Below, in pieces: positions 1-8,275 of a stretch of 64,000 nt of DNA. The DNA is from Christensenellales bacterium. Lineage in GTDB: Bacteria; Bacillota; Clostridia; Christensenellales; UMGS416. Position numbers and translations under genes: made by a program. Numbering within the stretch: the first letter of the stretch is position 1; each line of letters opens with the position of its first letter. Location of the stretch: contig JBMNEH010000001.1 in the NCBI GenBank assembly GCA_050948665.1, positions 1,298,650-1,362,649 on the forward strand. The letters run 5' to 3'. The notes below the pieces were generated by a model, which was not told where the DNA came from, did no database searches, and saw nothing but the letters and a program-made list of their open reading frames with translations.

Positions 1-669
1 GCAATTGAACGAGGCGAGATGGGGAAAATTATATTCGGGGCTTCACACACGAAGTGGTACCGAAGTCAAGACTACTATGATTCCGGAGACTGGCGAGGAA
101 CCTGGGCATTGGACGGCGGCGGCGCTTTGATGAATCAATCTGTGCATTATGTGGATCTGGTTCAGTACCTTGTCGGCCCTGTAGAGGAGGTTACCGCACG
201 CACCGGCTTACTTGCGCACGAGCGTATAGAAGTAGAAGATGTAGCAGTTGCTACATTGAAGTTCAAAAGCGGAGCTCTTGGGCTGCTGGAAGGTAATACC
301 GCATGCTTTCCCGGCCTTACAACCCGTTTGGACATCTACGGCACCGATGGATTGATTGTTATAGAGGGTGACCGTATAAAGGAATGGAAAACAAAAGCAG
401 ACGTAGTTGGTACCAATTTTTACAATGTAGTATTAAAAGAAAGGGGAAAACCAGTAGAGACCGCTGACGATACTCTTACCGGTGCCTCTTCTGCCGCAAT
501 TACCGCAACCTCACATCAGCGGCAAATTCAAGATGTAGTTGATGCCATTCTTGAAGGACGGAGCCCTGCCGTAACCGGCGAAGAGGCACGTCGTCCTTTA
601 GCTGTGATTATCGCTGTTTACGAGTCTGCAAAGAACGGAGGCGTTCCCGTGAAGGTGGACGACAAATAA
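1..669 (+). CDS. Gfo/Idh/MocA family oxidoreductase, C-terminal part (5' end outside window)
   Basis: Frame is open from nt 1 (AIERGE then MGKIIFG...). Track ORF 19..669. Aligns with the C-terminal half of the downstream paralog (WALDGGGALMNQSVHYVDL vs ALEGGGVMMNQAIHTLDL). Confidence 0.8.
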   Translation, partial: AIERGEMGKIIFGASHTKWYRSQDYYDSGDWRGTWALDGGGALMNQSVHYVDLVQYLVGPVEEVTARTGLLAHERIEVEDVAVATLKFKSGALGLLEGNTACFPGLTTRLDIYGTDGLIVIEGDRIKEWKTKADVVGTNFYNVVLKERGKPVETADDTLTGASSAAITATSHQRQIQDVVDAILEGRSPAVTGEEARRPLAVIIAVYESAKNGGVPVKVDDK

Positions 670-1688
670 TGGCCGGAAATATCGGTGCCGGTATCATTGG
701 TTGCGGAGGTGTGCATGTGATGCATGCCAATGCTCTTATGGAACTGCAAGGGGTAACGCTTCGCGGGCTTTGCGATAATAAGCCGGATAGAGCGGACGCT
801 TCAGCTCGGCGATACGGAGGAGTTGCTTATACTGACTATCGAAAACTACTTGAGGACCCCTCTGTAGATGTTATCCATATTACGTTGCCCCATTACCTTC
901 ACGCTCAGGTGACAATTGATGCATTAAAAGCCGGAAAATGGGTACTATGTGAAAAGCCTATGGCTATCTCTACTGCAAATGCCCGTGCAATGATTGCAGC
1001 CTCCGATGCTGTTGGAGGAAAACTTGGAATCATCTTCCAGAACCGATACAATGCAGCCTCCATCCGACTGAAAAAGATCGTCGAATGCGGCGAACTCGGA
1101 GCAATAAAAGGCCTTCGCGGAATGGTTAACTGGTACCGAAACGATGCCTACTACAGCGATGACTGGCACGGAAGAAAGGCGCTGGAGGGCGGAGGTGTTA
1201 TGATGAACCAAGCAATCCATACTCTGGATTTAATGCAGTGGATTGGTGGTGAAGCTTTAAACGTTTACGGCATGATCGGAACCGCCAGTCACGCCGTTGA
1301 TGTAGAGGATATGGCATCCCTGCGCATCGTTTTTACCGGCGGCGCTGTTGGTATTTTTCATGCGACAGTCAGCTACGTGGCTGATACAGACGTGGAGTTA
1401 GAGGTCTTTTGTGAGAACGGTACATTGCTCCTTCGAGGAAATTCCCTTTATCAGGTGAACAAGAAGGGCTTACTGGAACCTTTGGTTGGCAAGACAGCAG
1501 GTACTAAAGAAGGAAAAACATACTGGGGTACCGGCCATCAATTACAAATTGCGGACTTCTACCATTCCATACAAGCGGGGTTACCTGTATGCATTGACGG
1601 TCGCCAGGGATTTTCAGCTTTGGCAATCGTCCAGGCATTATATGAGTCAGCAAAAACCCGGAAGACTGTATCGGTAGAAAAACCATGA
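669..1688 (+). CDS. Gfo/Idh/MocA family oxidoreductase
   Basis: 339 aa. N-terminal dinucleotide-binding loop IGAGIIGCGG and LCEKPMA (EKP) motif typical of the family. Start overlaps the previous stop (TAATG). Confidence 0.85.
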   Translation: MAGNIGAGIIGCGGVHVMHANALMELQGVTLRGLCDNKPDRADASARRYGGVAYTDYRKLLEDPSVDVIHITLPHYLHAQVTIDALKAGKWVLCEKPMAISTANARAMIAASDAVGGKLGIIFQNRYNAASIRLKKIVECGELGAIKGLRGMVNWYRNDAYYSDDWHGRKALEGGGVMMNQAIHTLDLMQWIGGEALNVYGMIGTASHAVDVEDMASLRIVFTGGAVGIFHATVSYVADTDVELEVFCENGTLLLRGNSLYQVNKKGLLEPLVGKTAGTKEGKTYWGTGHQLQIADFYHSIQAGLPVCIDGRQGFSALAIVQALYESAKTRKTVSVEKP

Positions 1689-1757
1689 TACACTCTATAT
1701 AAATAACAACGCCGGGGTATCTGTTCAAAACATAAAAACTAAGAAAGGAGTTCAGAT

Positions 1758-2306
1758 ATGCCGAATAGAGGCTTGCCGGAATCAAATGAAACAAATGAAC
1801 TGCTGATTTCAACTTGTATGCGCTTTGTGAAGCTCAGCAGAATGCTGGAAATTAAGCTGCGGCGGAGCCCCGCACATATGGCGCGTATGCGGTTAATGCT
1901 GGCAATGCGCCATAAAGATGAATTAACTCTGCCGGAGCTGAGCAATGAAACCTGCGTATCTACCTCCAGCCTGAGTCTTATGTTAAAACAGCTTGACCAA
2001 GAAGGTCTTGTAAACCGGGAATCAAAACCCTCCGACGGACGAATAACACTGTACTCACTGACTGAGAACGGACGTAATTATCTGCATCAGGAATATAATA
2101 ACCGACGAAGAGCAATGTCTGATTTGGTCTCTGATGTTGATTTGTCATCATTTCCTAACATTTCAGAGCATTTACAGGTTGTTCTGGAAATCGTGCGAGC
2201 GATTACCAGCGGAAAAAAGAAAGAGTTACGTGTACCTTCCGCACAACCCGAACCGGATGAAGCGGAGCTATTAGCGCTGGATCAGCCCATTCAGGAGTTT
2301 CCTTAA
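1758..2306 (+). CDS. MarR family transcriptional regulator
   Basis: 182 aa. Winged-helix core LTLPELSNETCVSTSSLSLMLKQLDQEGLVNRESKPSDGRITLYSLTENG. AAAGGAG Shine-Dalgarno 8 nt upstream of the ATG. Confidence 0.8.
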   Translation: MPNRGLPESNETNELLISTCMRFVKLSRMLEIKLRRSPAHMARMRLMLAMRHKDELTLPELSNETCVSTSSLSLMLKQLDQEGLVNRESKPSDGRITLYSLTENGRNYLHQEYNNRRRAMSDLVSDVDLSSFPNISEHLQVVLEIVRAITSGKKKELRVPSAQPEPDEAELLALDQPIQEFP

Positions 2307-2322
2307 AGTTCGCCGGAAAGTG

Positions 2323-2351
2323 TTGACGAAACGCCACTTGCATGATATAAT
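2323..2351 (+). promoter_or_regulatory. sigma-A type promoter of the tRNA pair
   Basis: TTGACG (2323..2328), 17-nt spacer, TG-extended TATAAT (2346..2351), about 30 nt upstream of tRNA-Gln. Confidence 0.7.
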
Positions 2352-2380
2352 TCGCTTCGTCGGTTATAAAATCGACGTGG

Positions 2381-2454
2381 AGCGGAATAGTGTAACGGTA
2401 ACACCCATGACTCTGACTCATGTTTTCTAGGTTCGAATCCTAGTTCCGCTGCCA
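2381..2454 (+). tRNA. tRNA-Gln (anticodon CTG), CCA encoded
   Basis: Hand-folded cloverleaf: acceptor AGCGGAA/TTCCGCT, anticodon stem CATGA/TCATG with loop CT-CTG-AC, T arm CTAGG-TTCGAAT-CCTAG, discriminator G plus CCA. Confidence 0.85.
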
Positions 2455-2457
2455 TTT

Positions 2458-2533
2458 GCCCTCATGGTCTAGAGGCCTAGGACACCGCCCTCTCACGGCG
2501 GCAACAGGGGTTCGAATCCCCTTGAGGGTACCA
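2458..2533 (+). tRNA. tRNA-Glu (anticodon CTC), CCA encoded
   Basis: Acceptor GCCCTCA/TGAGGGT (G1-U72), D arm GTCTAGAGGCCTAGGAC, anticodon stem CCGCC/GGCGG with loop CT-CTC-AC, T arm AGGGG-TTCGAAT-CCCCT, then ACCA. Confidence 0.9.
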
Positions 2534-2536
2534 TAT

Positions 2537-2586
2537 AAGAACGCTAATTTTGATACAGTGAGTATCGAGGTTAGCGTTCTTGTTTT
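2537..2586 (+). terminator. intrinsic terminator after the tRNA pair
   Basis: 11-bp stem AAGAACGCTAA (2537..2547) / TTAGCGTTCTT (2571..2581), with an inner GATAC/GTATC helix, followed by GTTTTA. Confidence 0.6.
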
Positions 2587-2696
2587 ATGCCCGAAAGTGG
2601 CTTGAAATAAGGCTTTTTCGGCACTATTCTGTTCTCTTTGCACCGCCAGACTTTCGCCGAACACCTGTGATTTTTTACGAATGAGCGCCGCTCCAT

Positions 2697-2787
2697 ATAC
2701 CCACGCTTTCGATTACCTGAAATAGTTTCATTTTTTCGAAGGGTTTCATTTTCGAGAAAGGATAGTTTCATACCCGCGCTTTCGATT
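2697..2787 (+). repeat. short dispersed repeats between the tRNA terminator and the recombinase gene (candidate attL-proximal region)
   Basis: ATACCCACGCTTTCGATT (2697..2714) and ATACCCGCGCTTTCGATT (2770..2787). Three RGTTTCAT copies lie at 2724, 2742 and 2764. Related copies occur at 58010..58084. Confidence 0.6.
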
Positions 2788-2817
2788 GGGTGCAGAGTAC
2801 AAAAAGAAAGTGGAGCC

Positions 2818-4401
2818 TCAACGCTCCACCTCAATCTCTCTGCCGCTTTTGAACTTAAACACAATTCTGCCCTCTCGGAACACCGTCGCCCGGTCGAGAA
2901 CTGCTATCCACAGCCTTTCGTCCCATTCTTCGAGGACGAGGGGCTGTTTCTTTAATGCCCCGATGAACAGTCGAAGCTCTCGATCTTGGTCGTGCTTTCG
3001 CTCTTTCTCTGCGCTCACCTGCGCAAGTCGTGCCGTCGCTTTCTCGTAGCGGGCAAGCAGCCCGTTATACTTCTTCGCGTATTCCTCCTGCGACTGCGCT
3101 GTGGAAGCGTTCTCTTTGACACAGGTCTTGACCAGCTCCGCCACGACCGTGATTTCCTCGTTCAGGCTGTCGAGCGCTGCATCCAGCGCCGTGGTGTCCG
3201 AAAGCACCTGTCGCATTAAAGTGCAGTCGGAGATAACGCTCTCGCGGTCAGCCATCAGCCGATTGTAGGCGACTAAAAACTTTTGCTGTATGGTTTCCGT
3301 GTCCAGATGAGGCGTAGCGCATTTCTTTTCGCCCTTGAATTTGCCGTTACAGCGCCATATCACCTTGCGGTAAGGGTCGTTGGAGTGCCAGACCTTCTGC
3401 CCAAAGAAGTCGCCGCAATCGCCGCATACCAGCTTTGACGAGAACACGCTGTTGCCGCTGTACGCTCTACCGAGCGACCTGCGTCGCGCAATTTCCGCCT
3501 GCACCATATCCCATTCCAGCGGCTCGATGATGGCGTCATGGCTGCGCTCCACATAATACTGCGGCACTTCACCCTCGTTGACCTTCATCTTTTTTGTCAG
3601 GAAGTCGGTCGTAAATTTCTTTTGAAGGAGTGCGTCGCCTTTATACTTTTCGTTGCTTAGGATACTGTTTACCGTGGTCTGGCTCCATTTTTGTTTGCCG
3701 GACGGCGTCGGGATGTCCTGCTGCTCCAAGTACCGGCAAATTCCGGCGGGCGTTTTGCCCTCAAGAAAAAGCCTGTAGATGAGCCGGACGATGGCAGCTT
3801 CCTCTTCGTTAATCACCGGCGCACCGTCCTCTCCCTTTTCATATCCGAGAAATTGCTTATACGGCATACTGACCTTCCCATCTGCAAACCGTTTCCGCTG
3901 CCCCCATGTGACGTTCTCCGAGATGGAGCGGCTTTCCTCCTGTGCCAGTGAAGACATTATTGTGATGAGCAATTCACCCTTGCTGTCGAAAGTGAAAATT
4001 TGCTCCTTCTCGAAATAAATCTCCGTGCCGTGCTCTTTCAGCTTGCGAACGGTCGTGAGACTGTCCACGGTGTTGCGGGCAAATCGGCTGACCGACTTGG
4101 TGACGATGAGGTCAATCTTCCCAGCGAGAGCGTCCTTGACCATCTGCTTGAAGCCGTCGCGGTGCTTGGTGTTAGTCGCCGAAATCCCCTCATCGGTGTA
4201 GACCCCAACAAACTCCCAATCCTCACGGGATTGAATATAGCAGGTGTAATAGTCCACTTGCGCCTCGTAGCTGGTCTGCTGTTCCTCGCTGTCTGTGGAA
4301 ACGCGGGCATACCCAGCCACCTTGCGTCTTGCTACCGAAGCTGTCGGCAGCGCCGTGAAGCGGTTCTTTGTGGCGGGTATCATCGTTATGGCTCTTGACA
4401 C
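2818..4401 (-). CDS. large serine recombinase (phage integrase) 1
   Basis: 527 aa. Resolvase catalytic motif VAGYARVSTDSEEQ, recombinase domain, Zn-ribbon CGDCGDFF...WRCNGKFKGEKKC, C-terminal coiled coil. Confidence 0.9.
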   Translation of the reverse strand: MSRAITMIPATKNRFTALPTASVARRKVAGYARVSTDSEEQQTSYEAQVDYYTCYIQSREDWEFVGVYTDEGISATNTKHRDGFKQMVKDALAGKIDLIVTKSVSRFARNTVDSLTTVRKLKEHGTEIYFEKEQIFTFDSKGELLITIMSSLAQEESRSISENVTWGQRKRFADGKVSMPYKQFLGYEKGEDGAPVINEEEAAIVRLIYRLFLEGKTPAGICRYLEQQDIPTPSGKQKWSQTTVNSILSNEKYKGDALLQKKFTTDFLTKKMKVNEGEVPQYYVERSHDAIIEPLEWDMVQAEIARRRSLGRAYSGNSVFSSKLVCGDCGDFFGQKVWHSNDPYRKVIWRCNGKFKGEKKCATPHLDTETIQQKFLVAYNRLMADRESVISDCTLMRQVLSDTTALDAALDSLNEEITVVAELVKTCVKENASTAQSQEEYAKKYNGLLARYEKATARLAQVSAEKERKHDQDRELRLFIGALKKQPLVLEEWDERLWIAVLDRATVFREGRIVFKFKSGREIEVER

Positions 4402-5690
4402 TTCATTTCACTCCATTTCCTCGCTCTCTCTGCCGCCGCCTGACGCATTTCCTCCGTCCAACTTTCGGAGCGTGAGCGGTCTTTCCATGTAGTACGCACT
4501 GCATGCCCATCCGTAAAGGCATACTCCAGAGTGTTATCCGGCAATGTAGTAATAAAGGCAACGCACTCCGCGAATGCGTCCTCGTCAAAGGAAGTGATGC
4601 CAAACACCGCGGCGGTCACGGCTTTCAGTGTCTCCTCCGGTATTTGCTTGGAAGCGCAGTATCTCTTGCCCTTGGTGTTGTAGGTGGCGCAGACCCATGT
4701 GATGCTGGTGTGCGTAGTTTTACGGCGGTAGTTCTTCCCGCAGATGCCGCATCGTATCTTGCCGGTGAACACCGAAGTCGAACCGGGCTTTACCTGAATG
4801 CTCTCTGCTCGTCTGGTAAGTTCCTGCTGTACAGCGTCGAATGTCGCACGGTCAATAATTGGCTCGTGCGCGTCTTGGACGTGGTACATGGGAAACTCGC
4901 CGTGATTTATTCTCGTTTGCTTCGTCAGGTGGTCGGAACGGAAGGTCTTTTGCAGCAACATATCTCCAACGTATTTTTCATTCCGCAGGATTTTCCTAAT
5001 GGTGTCCTCATGCCATTCTTTACCGAATCGAGTAGCTATACCCATATCGTTGAGCTTGTTGGCAATAGCTTGCTTACCGTACCCCTTAAGAAAAAGAGAA
5101 AAAACGAGTCGCACCGTCTCGGCTTCCTTAGGAATGAGTTCAAACACACCGTCCTTTACCCGATAGCCGAGCATAGTACAATCCCACGGTTTGCCTGCTT
5201 CGAAGTTCCGCTTGATGCGCCATTTCTGGTTTTCGCTTGCCGACAGGCTCTCCTCCTGCGCGTAGGACACCAGAATGGTCATCATCAGTTCGCCCTCGGC
5301 GCTCATCGTGTGAATATTCTGTTTTTCGAAATAAATGTCCACATCCAGTGTTTTCAGCTCACGTACGGTTTCCAGCAGAGTGACCGTGTTTCGAGAAAAA
5401 CGGGAGATGGACTTAGTGAGTATCAGATCGATGTGTCCGGCGCGGCAGTCGGCAAGCAGCCTTTGAAACTCATCGCGGCATTCCTTAGTGCCGGTCATCG
5501 CTTCATCAGCGTACACCCCAGCGTATTCCCAGTCACCGTGCTTCTGGATCAGGGAGCTGTAATACGCGACCTGTGATGAGAGCGAATGCAGCATCGCGTC
5601 CTTGCCACTGGACACACGGGCATAAGCAGCGACGCGCTTTTTCCGCTCCAGTTTTGGCGGGTGTGCCACTCTTTTTATTGTCTTTGGCAT
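4386..5690 (-). CDS. large serine recombinase 2 (paralog, tandem)
   Basis: 434 aa. VAAYARVSSGKD catalytic motif and Zn-ribbon CGICGKNY...WVCATYNTKGKRYC. Its 3' end overlaps the next recombinase start by 16 nt. Confidence 0.9.
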   Translation of the reverse strand: MPKTIKRVAHPPKLERKKRVAAYARVSSGKDAMLHSLSSQVAYYSSLIQKHGDWEYAGVYADEAMTGTKECRDEFQRLLADCRAGHIDLILTKSISRFSRNTVTLLETVRELKTLDVDIYFEKQNIHTMSAEGELMMTILVSYAQEESLSASENQKWRIKRNFEAGKPWDCTMLGYRVKDGVFELIPKEAETVRLVFSLFLKGYGKQAIANKLNDMGIATRFGKEWHEDTIRKILRNEKYVGDMLLQKTFRSDHLTKQTRINHGEFPMYHVQDAHEPIIDRATFDAVQQELTRRAESIQVKPGSTSVFTGKIRCGICGKNYRRKTTHTSITWVCATYNTKGKRYCASKQIPEETLKAVTAAVFGITSFDEDAFAECVAFITTLPDNTLEYAFTDGHAVRTTWKDRSRSESWTEEMRQAAAERARKWSEMKCQEP

Positions 5691-5911
5691 ATTGTCACCC
5701 CTTTGTAGTGTGACATATTACCTCTGATACTACTATATAGCAAGTCATTCTCACGGAACAAACTACACGAGGATAAGCCATATTTCTCGGCCATTGTTGT
5801 ATCAATTATGGCATATTCAGCCTCAGTTACGATGCCTGCTGAGAGCAGCCGCCGCGCCTGTGCCATAGCGGATTTATAGCCAAGAACGCGGTCATGTATG
5901 GCCTCATTCAT
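5675..5911 (-). CDS. SHOCT-like small protein commonly found next to Clostridial serine recombinases
   Basis: 78 aa. LLSAGIVTEAEYAIIDTTMAEKYG resembles the SHOCT-type G-x-I-T-x-x-E-Y motif. Overlaps both neighbours. Assignment is from memory of the family. Confidence 0.5.
   Translation of the reverse strand: MNEAIHDRVLGYKSAMAQARRLLSAGIVTEAEYAIIDTTMAEKYGLSSCSLFRENDLLYSSIRGNMSHYKGVTICQRQ
5734..5748 (-). promoter_or_regulatory. promoter-like element (extended -10 TGCTATATA) upstream of recombinase 2
   Basis: The minus strand reads ATGACTTGCTATATA. The 13-nt core is identical to copies at 24134..24146 and 25477..25489. It lies about 45 nt upstream of the ATG at 5690. Confidence 0.45.
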
Positions 5912-6299
5912 GGCTGCCGCCTCCGAACCGGGCGGTGATGTAGCATTGGTGGGAGCAATACTTCCGAGCCTTGTTCCCAGCGCTCACAAAGGACTGACCG
6001 CAGTTCGCGCAGGTCAGATGGTATTCCGTTCTGGATTTACCGCTACGGTTGGCATACCACCACGCCGCGCGGCATGTGTCCGTGCAGAACTGCCGTGCCT
6101 TGTATTTATCCTTAATCTCAATAGGGCGGCCGCACTGCTTACATACCGGCGTGGCCTTTAAAGTATCTTTGGTGAGCCGCGCTCGGCGGCAGTAGGTCTT
6201 TATTGTGTTCTCCGAAATTGAAAGTGCCTGCGCAATATTCGAATAAGTACAGCCTTGTCTCCGCATTTCGGCAATCCTGTCCTTATGTTCATTCGTCAT
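5904..6299 (-). CDS. sigma-70 region-4-like HTH protein with C-terminal Cys-rich (Zn-ribbon-like) region
   Basis: 131 aa. HTH MRRQGCTYSNIAQALSISENTIKTYCRR. CxxC-type pairs CKQCG, CTDTC, CANCG, CSHQC. GGAGGA SD. Confidence 0.6.
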   Translation of the reverse strand: MTNEHKDRIAEMRRQGCTYSNIAQALSISENTIKTYCRRARLTKDTLKATPVCKQCGRPIEIKDKYKARQFCTDTCRAAWWYANRSGKSRTEYHLTCANCGQSFVSAGNKARKYCSHQCYITARFGGGSHE

Positions 6300-6335
6300 A
6301 GACTTGTCCTCCGTTCTGAGGAAACCATCCTCAAA

Positions 6336-6367
6336 ACTCGCTGGACATCAGCAGGCCGTTTTGACGA
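6336..6367 (-). promoter_or_regulatory. conserved 32-nt upstream motif, copy A
   Basis: ACTCGCTGGACATCAGCAGGCCGTTTTGACGA. Same length and spacing as the copies at 36534 and 40876. Lies 37 nt upstream of the start at 6299. Confidence 0.55.
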
Positions 6368-6482
6368 GAAAAAGAGTAAAAAAAGGTGGCCATCAGAGGT
6401 GATAAACTCCAATGGCCATAACGGTAAGAGCGCAAAGCGGCCCAAACGATATTGTATATGTCCAATCGGTCTCAATAATTTC

Positions 6483-6511
6483 TTGACATAGCGTCCAGCT
6501 GGTCGTACAAT
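6483..6511 (+). promoter_or_regulatory. sigma-A type promoter of the XRE gene with near-palindromic operator in the spacer
   Basis: TTGACA (6483..6488), 17-nt spacer, TACAAT (6506..6511). The spacer contains GTCCAGCTGGTC (6493..6504), one mismatch from a 12-bp palindrome. Confidence 0.7.
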
Positions 6512-6535
6512 AAGCACAACAGATTTCTGGAGGGA

Positions 6536-6808
6536 ATGCAAATGGCTATTCAAGTTATGCGCGTAGAGGAAAAATGGATACTCAAGGACTACCGCGATAA
6601 GCACGGCATGACCCAGCAGCAGGTCGCAGACAAAGCAAGGATCCAGCTCCGCCAATATCAGCGATACGAGTCCGGCGAACGAAATCTATCCTCGTCCTCA
6701 TTCAGTATTGCCTGCAGGGTGATTGAAGCCCTCGGGCTTGACCCGACTAAATATCACCACGGTGACTACGTACTGGGAGACGAGGTTGAGATAACGCCAG
6801 AAGGATAG
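6536..6808 (+). CDS. XRE-family HTH regulator (candidate phage repressor)
   Basis: 90 aa. MTQQQVADKARIQLRQYQRYESGERN is a classic XRE HTH. It is the only rightward gene in the left part of the prophage. Confidence 0.8.
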   Translation: MQMAIQVMRVEEKWILKDYRDKHGMTQQQVADKARIQLRQYQRYESGERNLSSSSFSIACRVIEALGLDPTKYHHGDYVLGDEVEITPEG

Positions 6809-6864
6809 CGCCGCGCCTCGGATGGCGTACTGTGGTCTGACACCAAAGTCAAGGATGACGAATC

Positions 6865-6909
6865 AAAAAATCCCGCGAGACGGCGTAAAACCGAATCGCG
6901 GGATTTTTT
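6865..6909. terminator. bidirectional intrinsic terminator between xre and the endolysin gene
   Basis: Stem ATCCCGCGA (6870..6878) / TCGCGGGAT (6896..6904), flanked by an A6 run and a T6 run. Confidence 0.75.
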
Positions 6910-6916
6910 ATTGGTG

Positions 6917-8275
6917 TTATTCTGTTTTAATAAAAGCATCGGAAAATCCCGCTGCCTTGACCTTTGCGAGCATAGCATCTGCGTTGGCCTTGATGCTGAA
7001 CGCTCCGACCTGAATGCGGTAGAGCTTTTTCGGTTCGGTTGGCGCTGGTGCGGGAGATGTGGAAGCGGCATCAAGCAGCTTTTTCACATCGGTGCGGAAC
7101 GTATCCATCGACTTGCCAAACTTGGGGAACCAGTGCATCACATCGGCGTGGTTGCTGGCGATGCCGCGTCTGTGACCTTCGGAATGGCAGATGAGCACAC
7201 CATCCTTTGCGGGATCAAGGTTGTACTCTTTGCATAGATAGGCACACAGTTCTGTGGCTTCCTTGTAAACCGCGTTGAAATAGGCGGCGTCGGTTAGGAT
7301 ATCCTCACAGATTTCAAAGCTGATGTGCGTATCGTTGCCCGAACCCCTCGAGCCACTTGCGCAGTGCCAACCGCGATGATTCCAGGGCAGTGTCTGATAG
7401 GTAGCAATTGACCCATCCGCCAGTTTGCCGATGAAACCGTGAACACAGACCTGCCTACCACCTGGCTTGTCCTGATTCCAATGGTTGTTGTGCTGGTTTT
7501 TGCCCAGTAGACCGTCGTCGGGGCCGACGTAACGCTTCAGGTTTGGATTGTTCGCCCCAGTCGAGTGCACCATGATGCCCTTGGGGGTTATGGTTTTACC
7601 TGCCTTGTAACAGGCGTTGTTGACAAACAGGAGTTTGCGGAGATTCATTTTATGACCTCCTTCAGGTTCTGGTATGTTATCTTCAAAGATCATGATGCTG
7701 CCCTTTCCGTAGTCGGATACGATATCAGCGCCGTCATAGTAGAACGCCAATATATCGTTGTAAGGCACGCCGTTCTTCGCCGCCCACATCGCGCCGATCT
7801 GGCTTATGCCAACACCGTGGCTGGCCTTTGTTTTCTTTCCAGCATTGGCGGCAATGTCCCACGGGTCGACTTTGTTGACGTAGTAGGGGTAATGCTTGCG
7901 CCATACATCACCGCTGCGCTTTGTTAGGCCGCCGTTGGAAGCGGAGTAGAAGCAGTCGATGATCGTATCATCGTAGCAAAGCACCTGCCCGGTGGTTTCC
8001 TCCACAGCCTGTCGGCTGCGGGGACTGGACGTTGCCAGCCCATAGCGGTATGCTTGAAACGATCTGGTATCGTCCATGACGGTGCCCGCCAGCGCGCGTT
8101 TGAGCGCGAATGTCCGCGCCGCCACGGCCTGTGCTTTCAACGCCTCCCTATGCGATGACTCGTATACTTCCGCCGGGACGACACCGCAAAGATATTCTTC
8201 AATGGGCATCTCTACCGGCTTTGTGCCGAACTGTGCGATGTTTTCCGCGCGGGTCATGCGTATTGTTACATTCAC
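6917..8275 (-). CDS. endolysin: SpoIID-like domain + N-acetylmuramoyl-L-alanine amidase (Amidase_2/PGRP type) + SPOR domain
   Basis: 452 aa, GTG start after AAGGAGG. N-terminal AQAVAARTFALKR...YSASNGGLT (SpoIID/LytB-like). Middle IMVHSTGANNP...WHCASG...ISFEICED...LICHSEGH (amidase_2). C-terminal YRIQVGAFSIKANADAMLAKVKAAGFSDAFI (SPOR). Confidence 0.85.
   Translation of the reverse strand: MNVTIRMTRAENIAQFGTKPVEMPIEEYLCGVVPAEVYESSHREALKAQAVAARTFALKRALAGTVMDDTRSFQAYRYGLATSSPRSRQAVEETTGQVLCYDDTIIDCFYSASNGGLTKRSGDVWRKHYPYYVNKVDPWDIAANAGKKTKASHGVGISQIGAMWAAKNGVPYNDILAFYYDGADIVSDYGKGSIMIFEDNIPEPEGGHKMNLRKLLFVNNACYKAGKTITPKGIMVHSTGANNPNLKRYVGPDDGLLGKNQHNNHWNQDKPGGRQVCVHGFIGKLADGSIATYQTLPWNHRGWHCASGSRGSGNDTHISFEICEDILTDAAYFNAVYKEATELCAYLCKEYNLDPAKDGVLICHSEGHRRGIASNHADVMHWFPKFGKSMDTFRTDVKKLLDAASTSPAPAPTEPKKLYRIQVGAFSIKANADAMLAKVKAAGFSDAFIKTE

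Noticed and set aside
2571-2864. 97-aa minus-strand ORF spanning the tRNA terminator and the left-junction repeats
   Set aside because: It runs through the terminator hairpin and the short repeats, has no SD, and overlaps the recombinase stop. The region is better explained as non-coding junction DNA.
4503-5576. 357-aa plus-strand ORF
   Set aside because: It is entirely antisense to the well-supported serine recombinase 2 gene. It has no SD and no recognisable motifs, and is typical of shadow ORFs in GC-rich coding DNA.
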